The notes beneath the pieces are model-generated. The model did not search any database and was not told the origin of the DNA. It saw only the letters and a program-made list of their open reading frames with translations. A stretch of 64,000 nt of DNA from an uncultured Chitinophaga sp. (GTDB taxonomy: Bacteria; Bacteroidota; Bacteroidia; Chitinophagales; Chitinophagaceae), in the NCBI GenBank assembly GCA_964641575.1, contig CAZXMP010000006.1:1627-65626 (forward strand), written 5' to 3'. A program made the translations under genes and the position numbers. Below are positions 1 to 10,216 of this stretch, in pieces. Position 1 is the stretch's first letter, and the number at the start of each line of letters is the position of its first letter.

Positions 1-1
1 T

Positions 2-1084
2 GAGCCGGTTGATAGTTTAACCGGTGCTACATTAGCGAACTATTCAATTGATGGCGGATTAACACTTAGCAGCGCAACAACGTTGGCTCCATTATTTAAT
101 TTAGTTCAATTGAAAACAACCGGGCCACTCATTGCCAATACGGTTTATAATATTACTGCAAACAACATTACAGATTGTAAAGGAAACATTATTGGTATTG
201 CCAATAAAGCAAAAGTAGGTTTGCCTTCCGATCCTGTGCCGGGCGAATGGATAATAAATGAAATATTATTCAATCCCAAATCAAATGCCTTTGACTTTGT
301 AGAGTTTTATAACAACAGCAACAAAATATTTGATGCGTCCCAATTATATATTGCCAATCGCAATAGCAGCGGTATAATCAGTTCCATCAAACCGTTAAGC
401 ACTGTACCTCATTATATTTTTCCTGGTGATTATATTGTTGAAACAGAAGATGCGGATAATTTATCGTTACAATATCTTGTTCAAAATCCGGATTATGTAT
501 TTATAGTTAGCTCTCCGCCTTCATTTCCCGACGATGAAGGGACCGTAGTGGCCTTAAATTTTCAGGGCAATGTGGTAGATGAAGTAAAATATAAAGACGA
601 CTGGCATTTTAAACTTATCGACAATGACGAAGGTGTTTCATTAGAAAGAATTGACCCGTCTGGTATTTCGCAGGATGAAAACAATTGGCATAGTGCGGCT
701 TCCACGGCCGGGTACGGAACACCTACCTATAAAAATTCGCAGTATAAACTATTAAATACAATTGATGCAACTATACAGGCAACACCAAAAGTATTCTCTC
801 CTGATAATGATGGCCGTGACGATTTTACTACTATTCAATATGAAGTAACAGAATCCGGCTATATAGCCAACATCACTATTTTTGATGCGGCAGGAAGACC
901 CATTCGCAATTTGGTACGCAATGGAACATTGGGTTTAAACGGCTATTGGAACTGGGATGGCCTCGATGATAAGGGAAGGAAAATACCCATCGGCACTTAC
1001 ATTATCTTTACTGAGCTTTTTAACTTACAGGGAAAAAAAGCTACATTTAAAAATGCCGTTGTACTTGCAAGAAAAATCAATTAA
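2..1084 (+). CDS. Lamin-tail-domain protein with gliding-motility/T9SS type-B (CHU_C/FlgD-like) C-terminus; 5'-truncated by the window edge
   Basis: Frame is open from base 2 (EPVDSLTGATLANYSIDGG...). LTD-like INEILFNP...DFVEFYN; C-terminal VFSPDNDGRDD...WNWDG...IGTYI. Confidence 0.75.
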   Translation, partial: EPVDSLTGATLANYSIDGGLTLSSATTLAPLFNLVQLKTTGPLIANTVYNITANNITDCKGNIIGIANKAKVGLPSDPVPGEWIINEILFNPKSNAFDFVEFYNNSNKIFDASQLYIANRNSSGIISSIKPLSTVPHYIFPGDYIVETEDADNLSLQYLVQNPDYVFIVSSPPSFPDDEGTVVALNFQGNVVDEVKYKDDWHFKLIDNDEGVSLERIDPSGISQDENNWHSAASTAGYGTPTYKNSQYKLLNTIDATIQATPKVFSPDNDGRDDFTTIQYEVTESGYIANITIFDAAGRPIRNLVRNGTLGLNGYWNWDGLDDKGRKIPIGTYIIFTELFNLQGKKATFKNAVVLARKIN

Positions 1085-1110
1085 CTTTTATTACTACTCT
1101 AAATAATTCT

Positions 1111-1824
1111 ATGAAAACAAAACTTATTTTACTGGCATGTCTTTTTTTGTTTGCAAAAAAAATAATAGCCCAAACATACGATACAACTAATAATTGGACG
1201 ACAACAGACCGAATCGATTTTATAAAAGAGTGTGTTAATAGTGCCAATGAAAATATGAGTATTGATTCAGCAAACAGTTATTGCAATTGTATGCTTCCAA
1301 AAGTAGAAGCCAAATATCCAAGAATAGAAGATGCCGGAAGTTTAACCGAAGAAGTACTGGCAACTCCGGAGTGGAAAAAAATGATTGAAGATTGCCTGCA
1401 AAGCTGGACCAATAAAGACAAAGCTGAATTTATACAGGAATGTGTAGCAACTGCCCAAGAATCCTTGGGCGAAGAAAAAGCTTCCTTTTATTGTAACTGT
1501 ATGCAGGTAAAGGTAGAAGCAAAGTACCCCACAGTAAGCGAAGCAGGTAAAATAACTGAAACTGAGCTTCAATCAGAAGAGTTTCAAAAAATGATACAAG
1601 ATTGCACAAAAGGGTGGACAGGTGCTGAAAAAGTTGTTTTTACAAATGACTGTATAAAAGAAGCAAAAAAAACAATGAGTGATTTAAAATCAAGAAATTA
1701 TTGTGATTGCGCCCTTTCAAAAATTGAATTGAGGCTACCTCTTTATTCGGAAGCACAACACTTAATTCCTGACAAAATAAATAGCCCATATTGGAAACAG
1801 GTATTATTGGATTGTTTTGAGTAA
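1111..1824 (+). CDS. Secreted hypothetical protein with three tandem ~70-aa Cys-rich repeats
   Basis: Signal peptide MKTKLILLACLFLF; three repeats of WT...F...[ED]C...YCxC...K[VI]E...DC. Confidence 0.7.
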   Translation: MKTKLILLACLFLFAKKIIAQTYDTTNNWTTTDRIDFIKECVNSANENMSIDSANSYCNCMLPKVEAKYPRIEDAGSLTEEVLATPEWKKMIEDCLQSWTNKDKAEFIQECVATAQESLGEEKASFYCNCMQVKVEAKYPTVSEAGKITETELQSEEFQKMIQDCTKGWTGAEKVVFTNDCIKEAKKTMSDLKSRNYCDCALSKIELRLPLYSEAQHLIPDKINSPYWKQVLLDCFE

Positions 1825-1855
1825 GACAAATAGTATTTTATCTTATACAACAACG

Positions 1856-1883
1856 AACCTCTTCAAAGTGAAGAGGTTTTTTT
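1856..1883 (+). terminator. Intrinsic terminator
   Basis: AACCTCTTC-aaagt-GAAGAGGTT followed by a T run. Confidence 0.75.
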
Positions 1884-2030
1884 ATTTAAGCCTATTGCCA
1901 TTCAGTGTTAACACTTATAAAATAACTATTAAACCCGTAATTACAAAAATGAAGTTTTGTTTCATTACCAGGTGGAAAAGATATTACCGACATTGGCGGA
2001 ATCTTTATATCCTTTTAAAAACCACCACTA

Positions 2031-3905
2031 ATGAAAAAATTTTTACCACTTCTGGTATGTTTATTTTTTTACAATACCACCTACGCACAACCTAATTACG
2101 CAATCGGCCTTAATGGTACCAATCAATGGGTTGATATCGGCTCATTAATTCTCAACAATAGTTCATACACCAAAGAGGCATGGGTGAACGTAACAACTGT
2201 TGGCGGCAATCAAAATATCATCTCTTCGAACAGTGCACCTTTTTGGATCACTGGTGGAATATTATCAGCAGGACATGGCGGAAATTATACATCTGTTACC
2301 GATGGCACTGCATTCACTGCTGGAAAATGGACTCATGTAGCTGTTACTTATGATGCCAGCACTACTACTATGAGATTATACAGAGATGGAATTCTTGTAA
2401 GTACCAATGCAAGTGTACCAGCTAACTACAGCAATGAAAATATTGTTCTGGCTTCCCATACAGGCGGCAATAGTTTAATAAATGGATGGATGGATGAAGT
2501 ACGCATCTGGACTATTGCTTTAACAACAGCACAAATCAAACAAAACATGTTTAAAGGTCCGGCTGTTGGAGCTACTGGTTTAGTGGCTTATTATAAATGT
2601 AATGACGGTTCGGGTACAACATTAACCAATGCTACGGGTGGAACAAATGGGATCTTGCAAAACACACCACCATGGATTGTTTCACCAATTGCTGGAACAG
2701 GCAATGCAATAACTTTTGATGGATCGGATGATCATATTGTAATTCCTCATGTTGTAAGCAGCAGCTTCACTATTGAATACTGGATGAAAACAAGTTCAAC
2801 AGGACCGGGAGGGGCAGGCAGTCAATGGTATGGGGGCAACGGTATTGTTGATGCCGAAGTCGGCGGTGGAACAACTGACTGGGGAACATCTCTTACTGGA
2901 AATAGAGTTGCCTTTGGTATAGGTCTTCCTGATATAACCATCCATTCAACCACTGTTGTAAATACTGATACCTGGATACATGTTGCTGCATCGTGGAATC
3001 AGTTAACCGGCGAAATGAAATTATATATTAATGGAATAGTGGAAGCCACTAATAGTGGCAGTACAAACTTAAGGGTAGCACCCAACCGTATTACTTTAGG
3101 GCAATTACAAGTAGATGCTCAGCGATTCAATGGCTCATTAGATGAGGTGAGAATTTGGAATGAGGTACGTAGTCTTGCGCAAATACAAACGAACATGAAC
3201 AAAGAGCTTGCTCCTTCATCAGAAGCAAACCTGTTAGCCTATTTCACATTCAACCAGGGAATTGCCAATGGAACTAACGCAGGACTTACTACTCTATCAG
3301 ATCTGAAAAGTAATAACAACGGTACGTTGAACAACTTTGCACTAACAGGAACCAGTTCCAACTTTACTACACAAAACAGCTCGATGTTTGTGTTGCCATT
3401 GCAATGGCTCAGTTTTGTTGCAAAAAAACAAAACAATACTGTGTTGCTAAAATGGAGTACTTCGCAAGAAGAAAACACAAAAGACTTCACCATTCAACAC
3501 AGCAACAATGGTATTACGTGGGGCAATATTGGTACTGTGGCAGCAACAGGCAATAATTCATCAATAACAAACTACAACTTTGTTCATACAGCCCCTGTAA
3601 AAAATAATTATTATCGTATTCTGCAAACTGATATAGATAACAAAAGTAGCTACAGCGATGTGCGAACCTTAGCTTTTACTAACTATGCTCCAATATTTAA
3701 AGTTCACAATAATCTTGTTACTGATAGAAGTATAATAATAACCACTAGCCAACCAACAATCCTTTCTTTATTTAATAGTGACGGAAAATTACTTTGGATA
3801 AAGAAAGTAAATACAGGAACCGAATCGATTGATGTGAGCAGATTTGCAAAAGGAGTGTATTTGCTAAAAGCAGGTAATGAATCAAAAAATATTGTATTAC
3901 AATAA
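2031..3905 (+). CDS. Tandem LamG-like jelly-roll protein with T9SS type-A sorting domain
   Basis: Signal peptide; two WTHVAVTYD/WIHVAASWN...MDEVRIW/LDEVRIW units; LPLQWLSF...YYRILQTD...GVYLLK C-terminus. Confidence 0.8.
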   Translation: MKKFLPLLVCLFFYNTTYAQPNYAIGLNGTNQWVDIGSLILNNSSYTKEAWVNVTTVGGNQNIISSNSAPFWITGGILSAGHGGNYTSVTDGTAFTAGKWTHVAVTYDASTTTMRLYRDGILVSTNASVPANYSNENIVLASHTGGNSLINGWMDEVRIWTIALTTAQIKQNMFKGPAVGATGLVAYYKCNDGSGTTLTNATGGTNGILQNTPPWIVSPIAGTGNAITFDGSDDHIVIPHVVSSSFTIEYWMKTSSTGPGGAGSQWYGGNGIVDAEVGGGTTDWGTSLTGNRVAFGIGLPDITIHSTTVVNTDTWIHVAASWNQLTGEMKLYINGIVEATNSGSTNLRVAPNRITLGQLQVDAQRFNGSLDEVRIWNEVRSLAQIQTNMNKELAPSSEANLLAYFTFNQGIANGTNAGLTTLSDLKSNNNGTLNNFALTGTSSNFTTQNSSMFVLPLQWLSFVAKKQNNTVLLKWSTSQEENTKDFTIQHSNNGITWGNIGTVAATGNNSSITNYNFVHTAPVKNNYYRILQTDIDNKSSYSDVRTLAFTNYAPIFKVHNNLVTDRSIIITTSQPTILSLFNSDGKLLWIKKVNTGTESIDVSRFAKGVYLLKAGNESKNIVLQ

Positions 3906-3924
3906 GAAGCTTTCGGGCAATATA

Positions 3925-3954
3925 AAAAGGCTTCTCCGAAACGAGAAGCCTTTT
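3925..3954. terminator. Bidirectional intrinsic terminator between convergent genes
   Basis: AAAAGGCTTCTC-cgaaac-GAGAAGCCTTTT. Confidence 0.85.
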
Positions 3955-3975
3955 CTTTTATAACCTATAAATTAA

Positions 3976-4899
3976 TTATCCTAGCTCAATTTCAAAGCTC
4001 ACCAAATCTTTAAATTCCTGCATACGTTCATTAATATCTTCTTTTGTTACTTCTTTCAGTCTTGTTGGGCCAAATTTTTCTACGCAAAAACTTGCCATGG
4101 CTGAACCAACAATTATGGCCCGCTTCATATTTTCAAAAGAGATATCACCTGTTTTTGCCAGATGACCCATGAAACCTCCTGCAAATGTATCGCCGGCACC
4201 TGTTGGGTCAAACACTTCTTCTAATGGCAATGCAGGTGCAAAGAACACACTATCATGATCAAATAACAGAGCTCCATGCTCCCCTTTTTTAATGATGAGA
4301 TACTGAGGACCCATTGTTAAGATCTTCTTAGCTGCCTTCACTATAGAATATTCACCCGTTAATTGCCTTGCTTCGGCATCATTCACCATCAACATATCTA
4401 CATGCTTCAACACTTCCTTCAAGCCATCCAATGCAATCTCCATCCAAAAGTTCATGGTGTCCATTACAATCAACTTCGGCCTTGTTTTCATTTGGTTGAT
4501 TACACTCAATTGAACATCTGGTGAAAGATTACCCAGCATCAGAAATTCTGCTCCCTGATAACTGTCTGGTACTTTTGGATTAAAATCCGCCAATACATTC
4601 AGGTCGGTAATTAATGTATCCCTGCTGTTCATGTCTTCGTGGTAGCGGCCGCTCCAGAAGAACGATTTTTTATCAGGTACAACTTCCACTCCTTCCAGCT
4701 GAACGCCTCTTTTTTTCAGGTCTTCCATTTCTTCCTTTGGATAATCGTACCCCACAATAGATATCTGCTGTACCGGTTTTACAAAATTGCTGGCTGCATA
4801 AGCCACATATGTAGCAGAGCCCCCTATAATTTTTTCTGTTTTTCCGAAAGGTGTTTCTATAGCATCAAAAGCCATGGTACCAACTGCAATAAGCGACAT
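3976..4899 (-). CDS. PfkB-family carbohydrate/nucleoside kinase
   Basis: GGSATY N-terminal motif and DPTGAGDTFAGG PfkB signature. Confidence 0.9.
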   Translation of the reverse strand: MSLIAVGTMAFDAIETPFGKTEKIIGGSATYVAYAASNFVKPVQQISIVGYDYPKEEMEDLKKRGVQLEGVEVVPDKKSFFWSGRYHEDMNSRDTLITDLNVLADFNPKVPDSYQGAEFLMLGNLSPDVQLSVINQMKTRPKLIVMDTMNFWMEIALDGLKEVLKHVDMLMVNDAEARQLTGEYSIVKAAKKILTMGPQYLIIKKGEHGALLFDHDSVFFAPALPLEEVFDPTGAGDTFAGGFMGHLAKTGDISFENMKRAIIVGSAMASFCVEKFGPTRLKEVTKEDINERMQEFKDLVSFEIELG

Positions 4900-5023
4900 A
4901 ATAAATATCAGATTAAGTTTTATAGAAAAGCCGGGAATGGGCTCCTGACTAATTAAAAGGCGTGCAAACCTACATGAAATTTACCTACCTGAAAAAACCA
5001 TTTACCAATAACATCGGCCGCTT

Positions 5024-5046
5024 TAGCTATTCGTTTATTATCTTTG
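5024..5046 (+). promoter_or_regulatory. -7 promoter box of the TetR gene with adjacent candidate operator
   Basis: TATCTTTG (5039-5046) matches TAnnTTTG. TAGCTATTCGTTTA (5024-5037) shares TAAACGAAT, on the reverse strand, with the site before paaA. Confidence 0.5.
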
Positions 5047-5049
5047 GCT

Positions 5050-5643
5050 ATGGCTAAATCAGTAAGAAAAAAAGCATCTAAAAAAGAGTTGATTCTTCGC
5101 CGGGCGGCAGCTATGTTCCGGGAAAAAGGATTTGCTGCTACTTCTATGCGAGACCTGGCAGAAATGGTAGGCATTGAGGCTGCCAGTTTGTATAATCATA
5201 TCAGGTCGAAAAATGAGATTCTCGAAGCCATTTGTTTTGATGTGGCCAACATTTTCAATACCAATATTGAAACGATTGAAGCAAGCAATCAAAAATCGAT
5301 TGGTAAAATTGACAACCTGCTTCGTTTTCATATTCGCCAGATGATCGAAAATTATGAAGAAGTTTATGTAAGTGACCGGGAATGGAAACATTTAGATGAA
5401 CCATACCTTTCTAATTTTCAAACACAGCGTCGTAATTATCGTAAAAAATTTGCTGCGATAATTGAAGATGGCATTGCCAAAAACGAAATACGGAAAATAG
5501 ATGCCCCTACTGCCGTTTTAATAATTCTACATGCTGTAAGCGGTATTGAAAGCTGGCACCGCAGCAAAGCAAAAATCAATGCGCAGGAACTGGAAGACAA
5601 TATGGTGATGATAATGATTGATGGCTTACGAAAACACTCCTGA
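5050..5643 (+). CDS. TetR/AcrR-family regulator, PaaR-like
   Basis: N-terminal HTH (GFAATSMRDLAEMVGIEAASLYNH); directly precedes paaE. Start taken at ATG 5050. Confidence 0.85.
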   Translation: MAKSVRKKASKKELILRRAAAMFREKGFAATSMRDLAEMVGIEAASLYNHIRSKNEILEAICFDVANIFNTNIETIEASNQKSIGKIDNLLRFHIRQMIENYEEVYVSDREWKHLDEPYLSNFQTQRRNYRKKFAAIIEDGIAKNEIRKIDAPTAVLIILHAVSGIESWHRSKAKINAQELEDNMVMIMIDGLRKHS

Positions 5644-5646
5644 TCT

Positions 5647-6726
5647 ATGTCCATTCATTTTCACCAGCTCACCGTAAAAGAAGTAAGAAAGGAAACAGAG
5701 GATTGTGTTTCCGTACTGTTTGAAATTCCCGAAAACTTAAAGGAAAGTTTTCTTTTTCAGCAAGGACAAAGTCTAACCATGCGAAAGACTTTGAACAATG
5801 AAGATGTTCGCCGTACTTATTCTATCTGCAGTTCCCCATTAGATAATGAATGGAGGGTTGCTATCAAAAAAGTGGATGGCGGTTTATTCTCCTCCTTTGC
5901 CAATAATGAATTAAAGAAAGGCGATGTATTGGAAGTAATGCAGCCGGTTGGCAAATTTTATGTTGCTTTAGATTCTGCCCACAAAAAAAATTACCTGGGC
6001 TTTGCTGCCGGCAGCGGCATTACTCCGCTACTATCTATTATTAAAACTACGTTGCGAACAGAGCCGCAAAGCAGTTTTACGTTAGTGTATGGAAATAAAA
6101 ATCGTAGCTCGATTATTTTTTTCGAAGAGTTAGAAGCACTAAAGAATAAGTATTTGCAACGATTTAATTTCATTAATATACTTAGCAGAGAACGAACTGA
6201 TGCAACAATTAATTTTGGAAGAATAAATGCAGAGAAGCTAAAAGAGTTAGAGAAACTGATTGATTATACTTCTTTTGACGAATCGTTTATATGCGGGCCA
6301 GAGGAAATGATTTTTGCAGTGAAAGATTTCTTATCAGCAAAAGGGATCGATAAAAAGAAAATACATTTTGAATTGTTCACTACTCCCGGGCAGAAAAAGC
6401 CAGGACTTGTTAGTCGGGAGTCGGGAGTTGAAACCGGACCGAAGAGCAAGATTTCAATAAAGTTGGATGGAAGGAGTTTTGACTTTGATTTATCCTTAAC
6501 AAGTGATATAACGATTCTCGATGCGGCATTGAAACAGGGAGCTGATTTGCCTTTTGCCTGCAAAGGAGGTGTATGCTGCACTTGCAAAGCTAAACTTCTG
6601 GAAGGCAAGGTTAGTATGGATGTACATTGGGGATTAGAAGATGAAGAAGTAGAACAAGGCTATATTCTTACTTGTCAGGCTCATCCCACAACAGAAAAAG
6701 TGGTCGTTGATTTTGATGTGAAATAA
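5647..6726 (+). CDS. paaE: Phenylacetyl-CoA epoxidase reductase subunit (FAD/NAD plus 2Fe-2S)
   Basis: RTYSICS, AAGSGITP, FICGP and ferredoxin CKGGVCCTC...C motifs; paa context. Confidence 0.9.
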   Translation: MSIHFHQLTVKEVRKETEDCVSVLFEIPENLKESFLFQQGQSLTMRKTLNNEDVRRTYSICSSPLDNEWRVAIKKVDGGLFSSFANNELKKGDVLEVMQPVGKFYVALDSAHKKNYLGFAAGSGITPLLSIIKTTLRTEPQSSFTLVYGNKNRSSIIFFEELEALKNKYLQRFNFINILSRERTDATINFGRINAEKLKELEKLIDYTSFDESFICGPEEMIFAVKDFLSAKGIDKKKIHFELFTTPGQKKPGLVSRESGVETGPKSKISIKLDGRSFDFDLSLTSDITILDAALKQGADLPFACKGGVCCTCKAKLLEGKVSMDVHWGLEDEEVEQGYILTCQAHPTTEKVVVDFDVK

Positions 6727-6743
6727 TTAAAGCTAAACAGAAC

Positions 6744-7325
6744 ATGGCAACCCGTAAACCAGTAAAAATGTTACGGCAAGAAAAATGGCAAACTCTCAAA
6801 GGGCATATTTCCGGTGGCCCTATTGCTTATAAATATGCTGTTTCCAATTATGGGCGAATCATCAAATTCCATAAACATTTGCCGGATGGTTTTTTATTAA
6901 ACTTAAGCCGCCAGCAGGGTTTTCCTATTTGGAGAAAAATAATGAACGGTGAATACTATGCGGTGCTGATACACCGGCTGGTAGCAAAATATTTTTTACC
7001 AGCCCCTGCCAAAAAACAAAAATTTGTTCTTCATCTTGATTACGATAAAGAAAACAATTACTACAAAAATTTACGTTGGGCCACACAGGAAGAAGTAACT
7101 AAACATGCCAAAAACAACCCGGCAGTTATTACGGCAAAGGAAGAGATGAGAAAAATTATCAGCCGGGGTGGTTATAATACAAAACTAACTGAGGCAAATG
7201 TAAAGCACATCAAAGCATCATTAGCAAAAGGAAAAACACTAAAAGAGCTAGCCACAAAGTTCAACGTAAGCGACATGCAGATATATCGCATTAAGACAGG
7301 TGAAAACTGGGGGCATGTTAAATAA
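6744..7325 (+). CDS. NUMOD4/HNH endonuclease-like protein with C-terminal helix-turn-helix
   Basis: YAVSNYGRI (NUMOD4-like), HRLVAKYF...VLHLDYDKENNYYKNLRW (HNH_3-like), KTLKELATKFNVSDMQIYRI (HTH). Confidence 0.75.
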   Translation: MATRKPVKMLRQEKWQTLKGHISGGPIAYKYAVSNYGRIIKFHKHLPDGFLLNLSRQQGFPIWRKIMNGEYYAVLIHRLVAKYFLPAPAKKQKFVLHLDYDKENNYYKNLRWATQEEVTKHAKNNPAVITAKEEMRKIISRGGYNTKLTEANVKHIKASLAKGKTLKELATKFNVSDMQIYRIKTGENWGHVK

Positions 7326-7476
7326 ACCAGTATTGCAGCAATTTAATATGTCAATAAAATTATCAAGAGCCCGGTATTAATACCTACCCTTTTTATTATA
7401 TCGTTTCGATATATTTTTCTTAACAGATTGTTCAGCAATCAAATAAACAAGAAATGGAACAGGCGTTAGTTTTAGC

Positions 7477-7503
7477 TAAATTTGCCTTCTAAACGAATGT
7501 TTA
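7477..7503 (+). promoter_or_regulatory. paaA promoter -7 box and palindromic candidate TetR operator
   Basis: TAAATTTG (7477-7484) followed by TAAAC-GAAT-GTTTA (7490-7503). Confidence 0.55.
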
Positions 7504-8444
7504 TGTCCATACAGCATTTTGAAAAACTATTTCAGGATAAAATAGATACAGAAACCAAGATTGAACCTAAAGACTGGATGCCGGATGCCTACCGCAAAAC
7601 GAATATCCGCCAGATCAGTCAGCATGCCCATAGCGAAATAGTTGGTATGCTGCCGGAGGGCAATTGGATTTCAAGAGCTCCCTCCTTAAAAAGAAAAGCC
7701 ATTCTCATTGCCAAAGTACAAGATGAGGCCGGGCATGGTTTGTATTTGTATTCTGCAGCTGAAACATTGGGCATGAGCCGGGAAGAAATGATCAATGATC
7801 TGCATAGCGGAAAAGCAAAATATTCTTCCATTTTTAATTACCCCACCTTAACATGGGCTGATATGGGTGCCGTTGGCTGGTTGGTGGACGGCGCAGCAAT
7901 ATTAAATCAGGTAATGCTTTGCAGAACATCATACGGGCCGTATGCAAGAGCCATGGTTCGGATTTGCAAAGAAGAAAGTTTTCATCAACGCCAGGGCTTT
8001 GAAACATTGTTAGTTTTATCAAGAGGAACGGATGAACAAAAAGCCATGTGCCAGGATGCCATTAACCGTTGGTGGTGGCCATCATTGATGATGTTTGGGC
8101 CAAAAGATTCAGAATCTACAAACAGTGATCAGAGTATGAAGTGGAAAATAAAAAGAAAAACCAATGATGAATTGCGACAGCAGTTTGTAGATATGGCCGC
8201 CGAACAGGTAAAAGTTTTGGGAATGACATTGCCTGATGAAAAACTAAAATGGAACCCAGCAAGAAAGCATTATGATTTTGGCGAAATAGATTGGAATGAA
8301 TTCTGGAATGTAGTAAAAGGAAACGGCCCTTGCAATAAGCAACGATTAGAAGCAAGACGCAAAGCACATGAAGAGGGTCAATGGGTAAGAGAGGCGGCAA
8401 TGGCATTTGCAGAAAAGAGAAAATCAAAACAGAAAGCAGCTTAA
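7503..8444 (+). CDS. paaA: Phenylacetyl-CoA epoxidase subunit A
   Basis: [36 protein letters not shown] di-iron motifs. Start probably ATG 7503 (or 7497). Confidence 0.95.
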   Translation: MSIQHFEKLFQDKIDTETKIEPKDWMPDAYRKTNIRQISQHAHSEIVGMLPEGNWISRAPSLKRKAILIAKVQDEAGHGLYLYSAAETLGMSREEMINDLHSGKAKYSSIFNYPTLTWADMGAVGWLVDGAAILNQVMLCRTSYGPYARAMVRICKEESFHQRQGFETLLVLSRGTDEQKAMCQDAINRWWWPSLMMFGPKDSESTNSDQSMKWKIKRKTNDELRQQFVDMAAEQVKVLGMTLPDEKLKWNPARKHYDFGEIDWNEFWNVVKGNGPCNKQRLEARRKAHEEGQWVREAAMAFAEKRKSKQKAA

Positions 8445-8463
8445 TTGTACTAAAGCATTTATA

Positions 8464-8829
8464 ATGAAAAATTTTATTAGAAAATTTTATTACGGCGATA
8501 TCCCGGAAGAAAAAGCCGGTGGTGGATCTTACCAAACGGTAAACGATACAACCAATTGGCCATTGTGGGAAGTATTCATCCGCAGTAAACAAGGTTTAGA
8601 CCATAAACATGCCGGAAGCTTACATGCAGCAGATGCACAAATGGCCATTGAAAATGCAAGAGATGTTTATACCAGAAGAATGGAAGGTGTAAGCATTTGG
8701 GTGGTGGAAAGTAAATATATCACTGCCTCCAACCCTGAAGAAGCTGGCGAATTATATGAACCTGCAGTTGATAAAATTTACCGGCATCCTACTTTTTATC
8801 AACTACCTGATGAAGTAAACCACATGTAA
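8464..8829 (+). CDS. paaB: Phenylacetyl-CoA epoxidase subunit B
   Basis: WPLWEVFIRSKQGLDHKHAGSLHA...ARDVYTRR...IYRHPTFY. Start ATG 8464. Confidence 0.95.
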   Translation: MKNFIRKFYYGDIPEEKAGGGSYQTVNDTTNWPLWEVFIRSKQGLDHKHAGSLHAADAQMAIENARDVYTRRMEGVSIWVVESKYITASNPEEAGELYEPAVDKIYRHPTFYQLPDEVNHM

Positions 8830-8858
8830 CCGCTGATTGAAATGATTAAATGATCTGA

Positions 8859-9593
8859 ATGATGAACTCTCCTTTGATTGATTATACTTTGCACTTAGCT
8901 GATACTGCACTTATTCTTTCACAAAGAAATAGTGAGTGGTGCGGGCATGGCCCAATACTGGAACAGGATATTGCCATTACAAATATTTCACTTGATTTGT
9001 TAGGGCAATCAAGGAATTATTATCAGTATGCTGCTACATTAATTGGAGGTGAAGCCACCGAAGATTCGCTGGCCTACTTAAGAAAAGAAAGAGAGTTTAA
9101 AAATCTATTATTAGTAGAACAAGCCAATGGCGATTGGGGCCAAACCATCTTGCGTCAATATTTATACAGCCAGTTTCAATACTTACTGTTTGAGAAATTA
9201 CAGCAATGTAATGATGAGCAATTAGCTGCCATTGCTGCTAAATCCATTAAAGAAACGGCTTACCATGTTCGATGGAGTAGTGAATGGGTAATTCGATTAG
9301 GCGATGGCACAGAAGAAAGCCATACAAGAATGTTAAAAGCCATTGATGAATTGTGGAGATATACAGGTGAAATGTTTGTGCCTGCAGCTTACGAAACTAT
9401 TGTTGAAGTTTCATTACTAAAAAAAGAATGGCAACAAAAAGTAATGAACATTTTTTCTGAAGCAACTTTATCGATTCCTGAAAAAATATTTATGCAAAAC
9501 GGTGGTAAGGATGGAATTCATACCGAACAACTTGGCTATATACTTACTGACTTACAATATTTACAAAGAGCATATCCGGGTGCTGAATGGTAA
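8859..9593 (+). CDS. paaC: Phenylacetyl-CoA epoxidase subunit C
   Basis: LADTALILSQRNSEWCGHGPILEQDIA...KETAYH...RLGDGTEES. Confidence 0.95.
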   Translation: MMNSPLIDYTLHLADTALILSQRNSEWCGHGPILEQDIAITNISLDLLGQSRNYYQYAATLIGGEATEDSLAYLRKEREFKNLLLVEQANGDWGQTILRQYLYSQFQYLLFEKLQQCNDEQLAAIAAKSIKETAYHVRWSSEWVIRLGDGTEESHTRMLKAIDELWRYTGEMFVPAAYETIVEVSLLKKEWQQKVMNIFSEATLSIPEKIFMQNGGKDGIHTEQLGYILTDLQYLQRAYPGAEW

Positions 9594-9614
9594 ACTACAG
9601 TCCTGTTATTAAAA

Positions 9615-10151
9615 ATGGAAAAAGACAGTTCCATACAATCGGGTTCTAAAGTCCCTCCTTCGGAGGGATTTAGGGAGGCAATTTGGTCAATACTCACAAC
9701 AGTAACCGACCCGGAAGTTCCTGTGCTTACTATTACTGATTTAGGAATAGTAAGAGATGTAAAAATAAATGATGGTGGCATTGAAGTTATTATCACCCCA
9801 ACTTACACAGGTTGTCCAGCTATGGACATGATTACCATGAATATTAGATTGGCCTTAATTGAAAATGGTTTTCAAAATATAAAAGTTACGTCTGTTCTTT
9901 CTCCGGTATGGACAACTGATTGGATGAGTGAAGATGGAAAAAGAAAATTGAAAGAATACGGTATTGCCCCACCCAATCCACAGCAACAGGTTTGTAATAA
10001 TGATTTGTTTGCTGCAGCAGAGGCGGTTCAATGTCCGCATTGCAATTCCCATCATACTCACCGCATCAGTGAGTTTGGCAGTACGGCCTGCAAATCCTTA
10101 TATCAGTGTGATGATTGCAAAGAGCCATTTGATTATTTTAAATGCCACTGA
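9615..10151 (+). CDS. paaD: Phenylacetyl-CoA epoxidase subunit D (Fe-S cluster protein)
   Basis: DPEVPVLTITDLGIVR, TPTYTGCPA, CPHC...STACKSLYQCDDCKEPFDYFKCH. Confidence 0.95.
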   Translation: MEKDSSIQSGSKVPPSEGFREAIWSILTTVTDPEVPVLTITDLGIVRDVKINDGGIEVIITPTYTGCPAMDMITMNIRLALIENGFQNIKVTSVLSPVWTTDWMSEDGKRKLKEYGIAPPNPQQQVCNNDLFAAAEAVQCPHCNSHHTHRISEFGSTACKSLYQCDDCKEPFDYFKCH

Positions 10152-10216
10152 TAAATTTTTGATTGCCGGTTTTAGCATTTAGATTTGATGCTCCTCATAC
10201 ACAAAATCTACTCAAT

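Noticed and set aside
6744-7325. Group I intron or IS element around the HNH gene
   Set aside because: paaE and paaA are both intact, and no terminal inverted repeats, target duplication or intron core were recognisable.
7397-7413. Palindrome TATATCG-TTT-CGATATA upstream of paaA as operator
   Set aside because: Single AT-rich occurrence with no counterpart at the tetR promoter; the 7490-7503 site is better supported.
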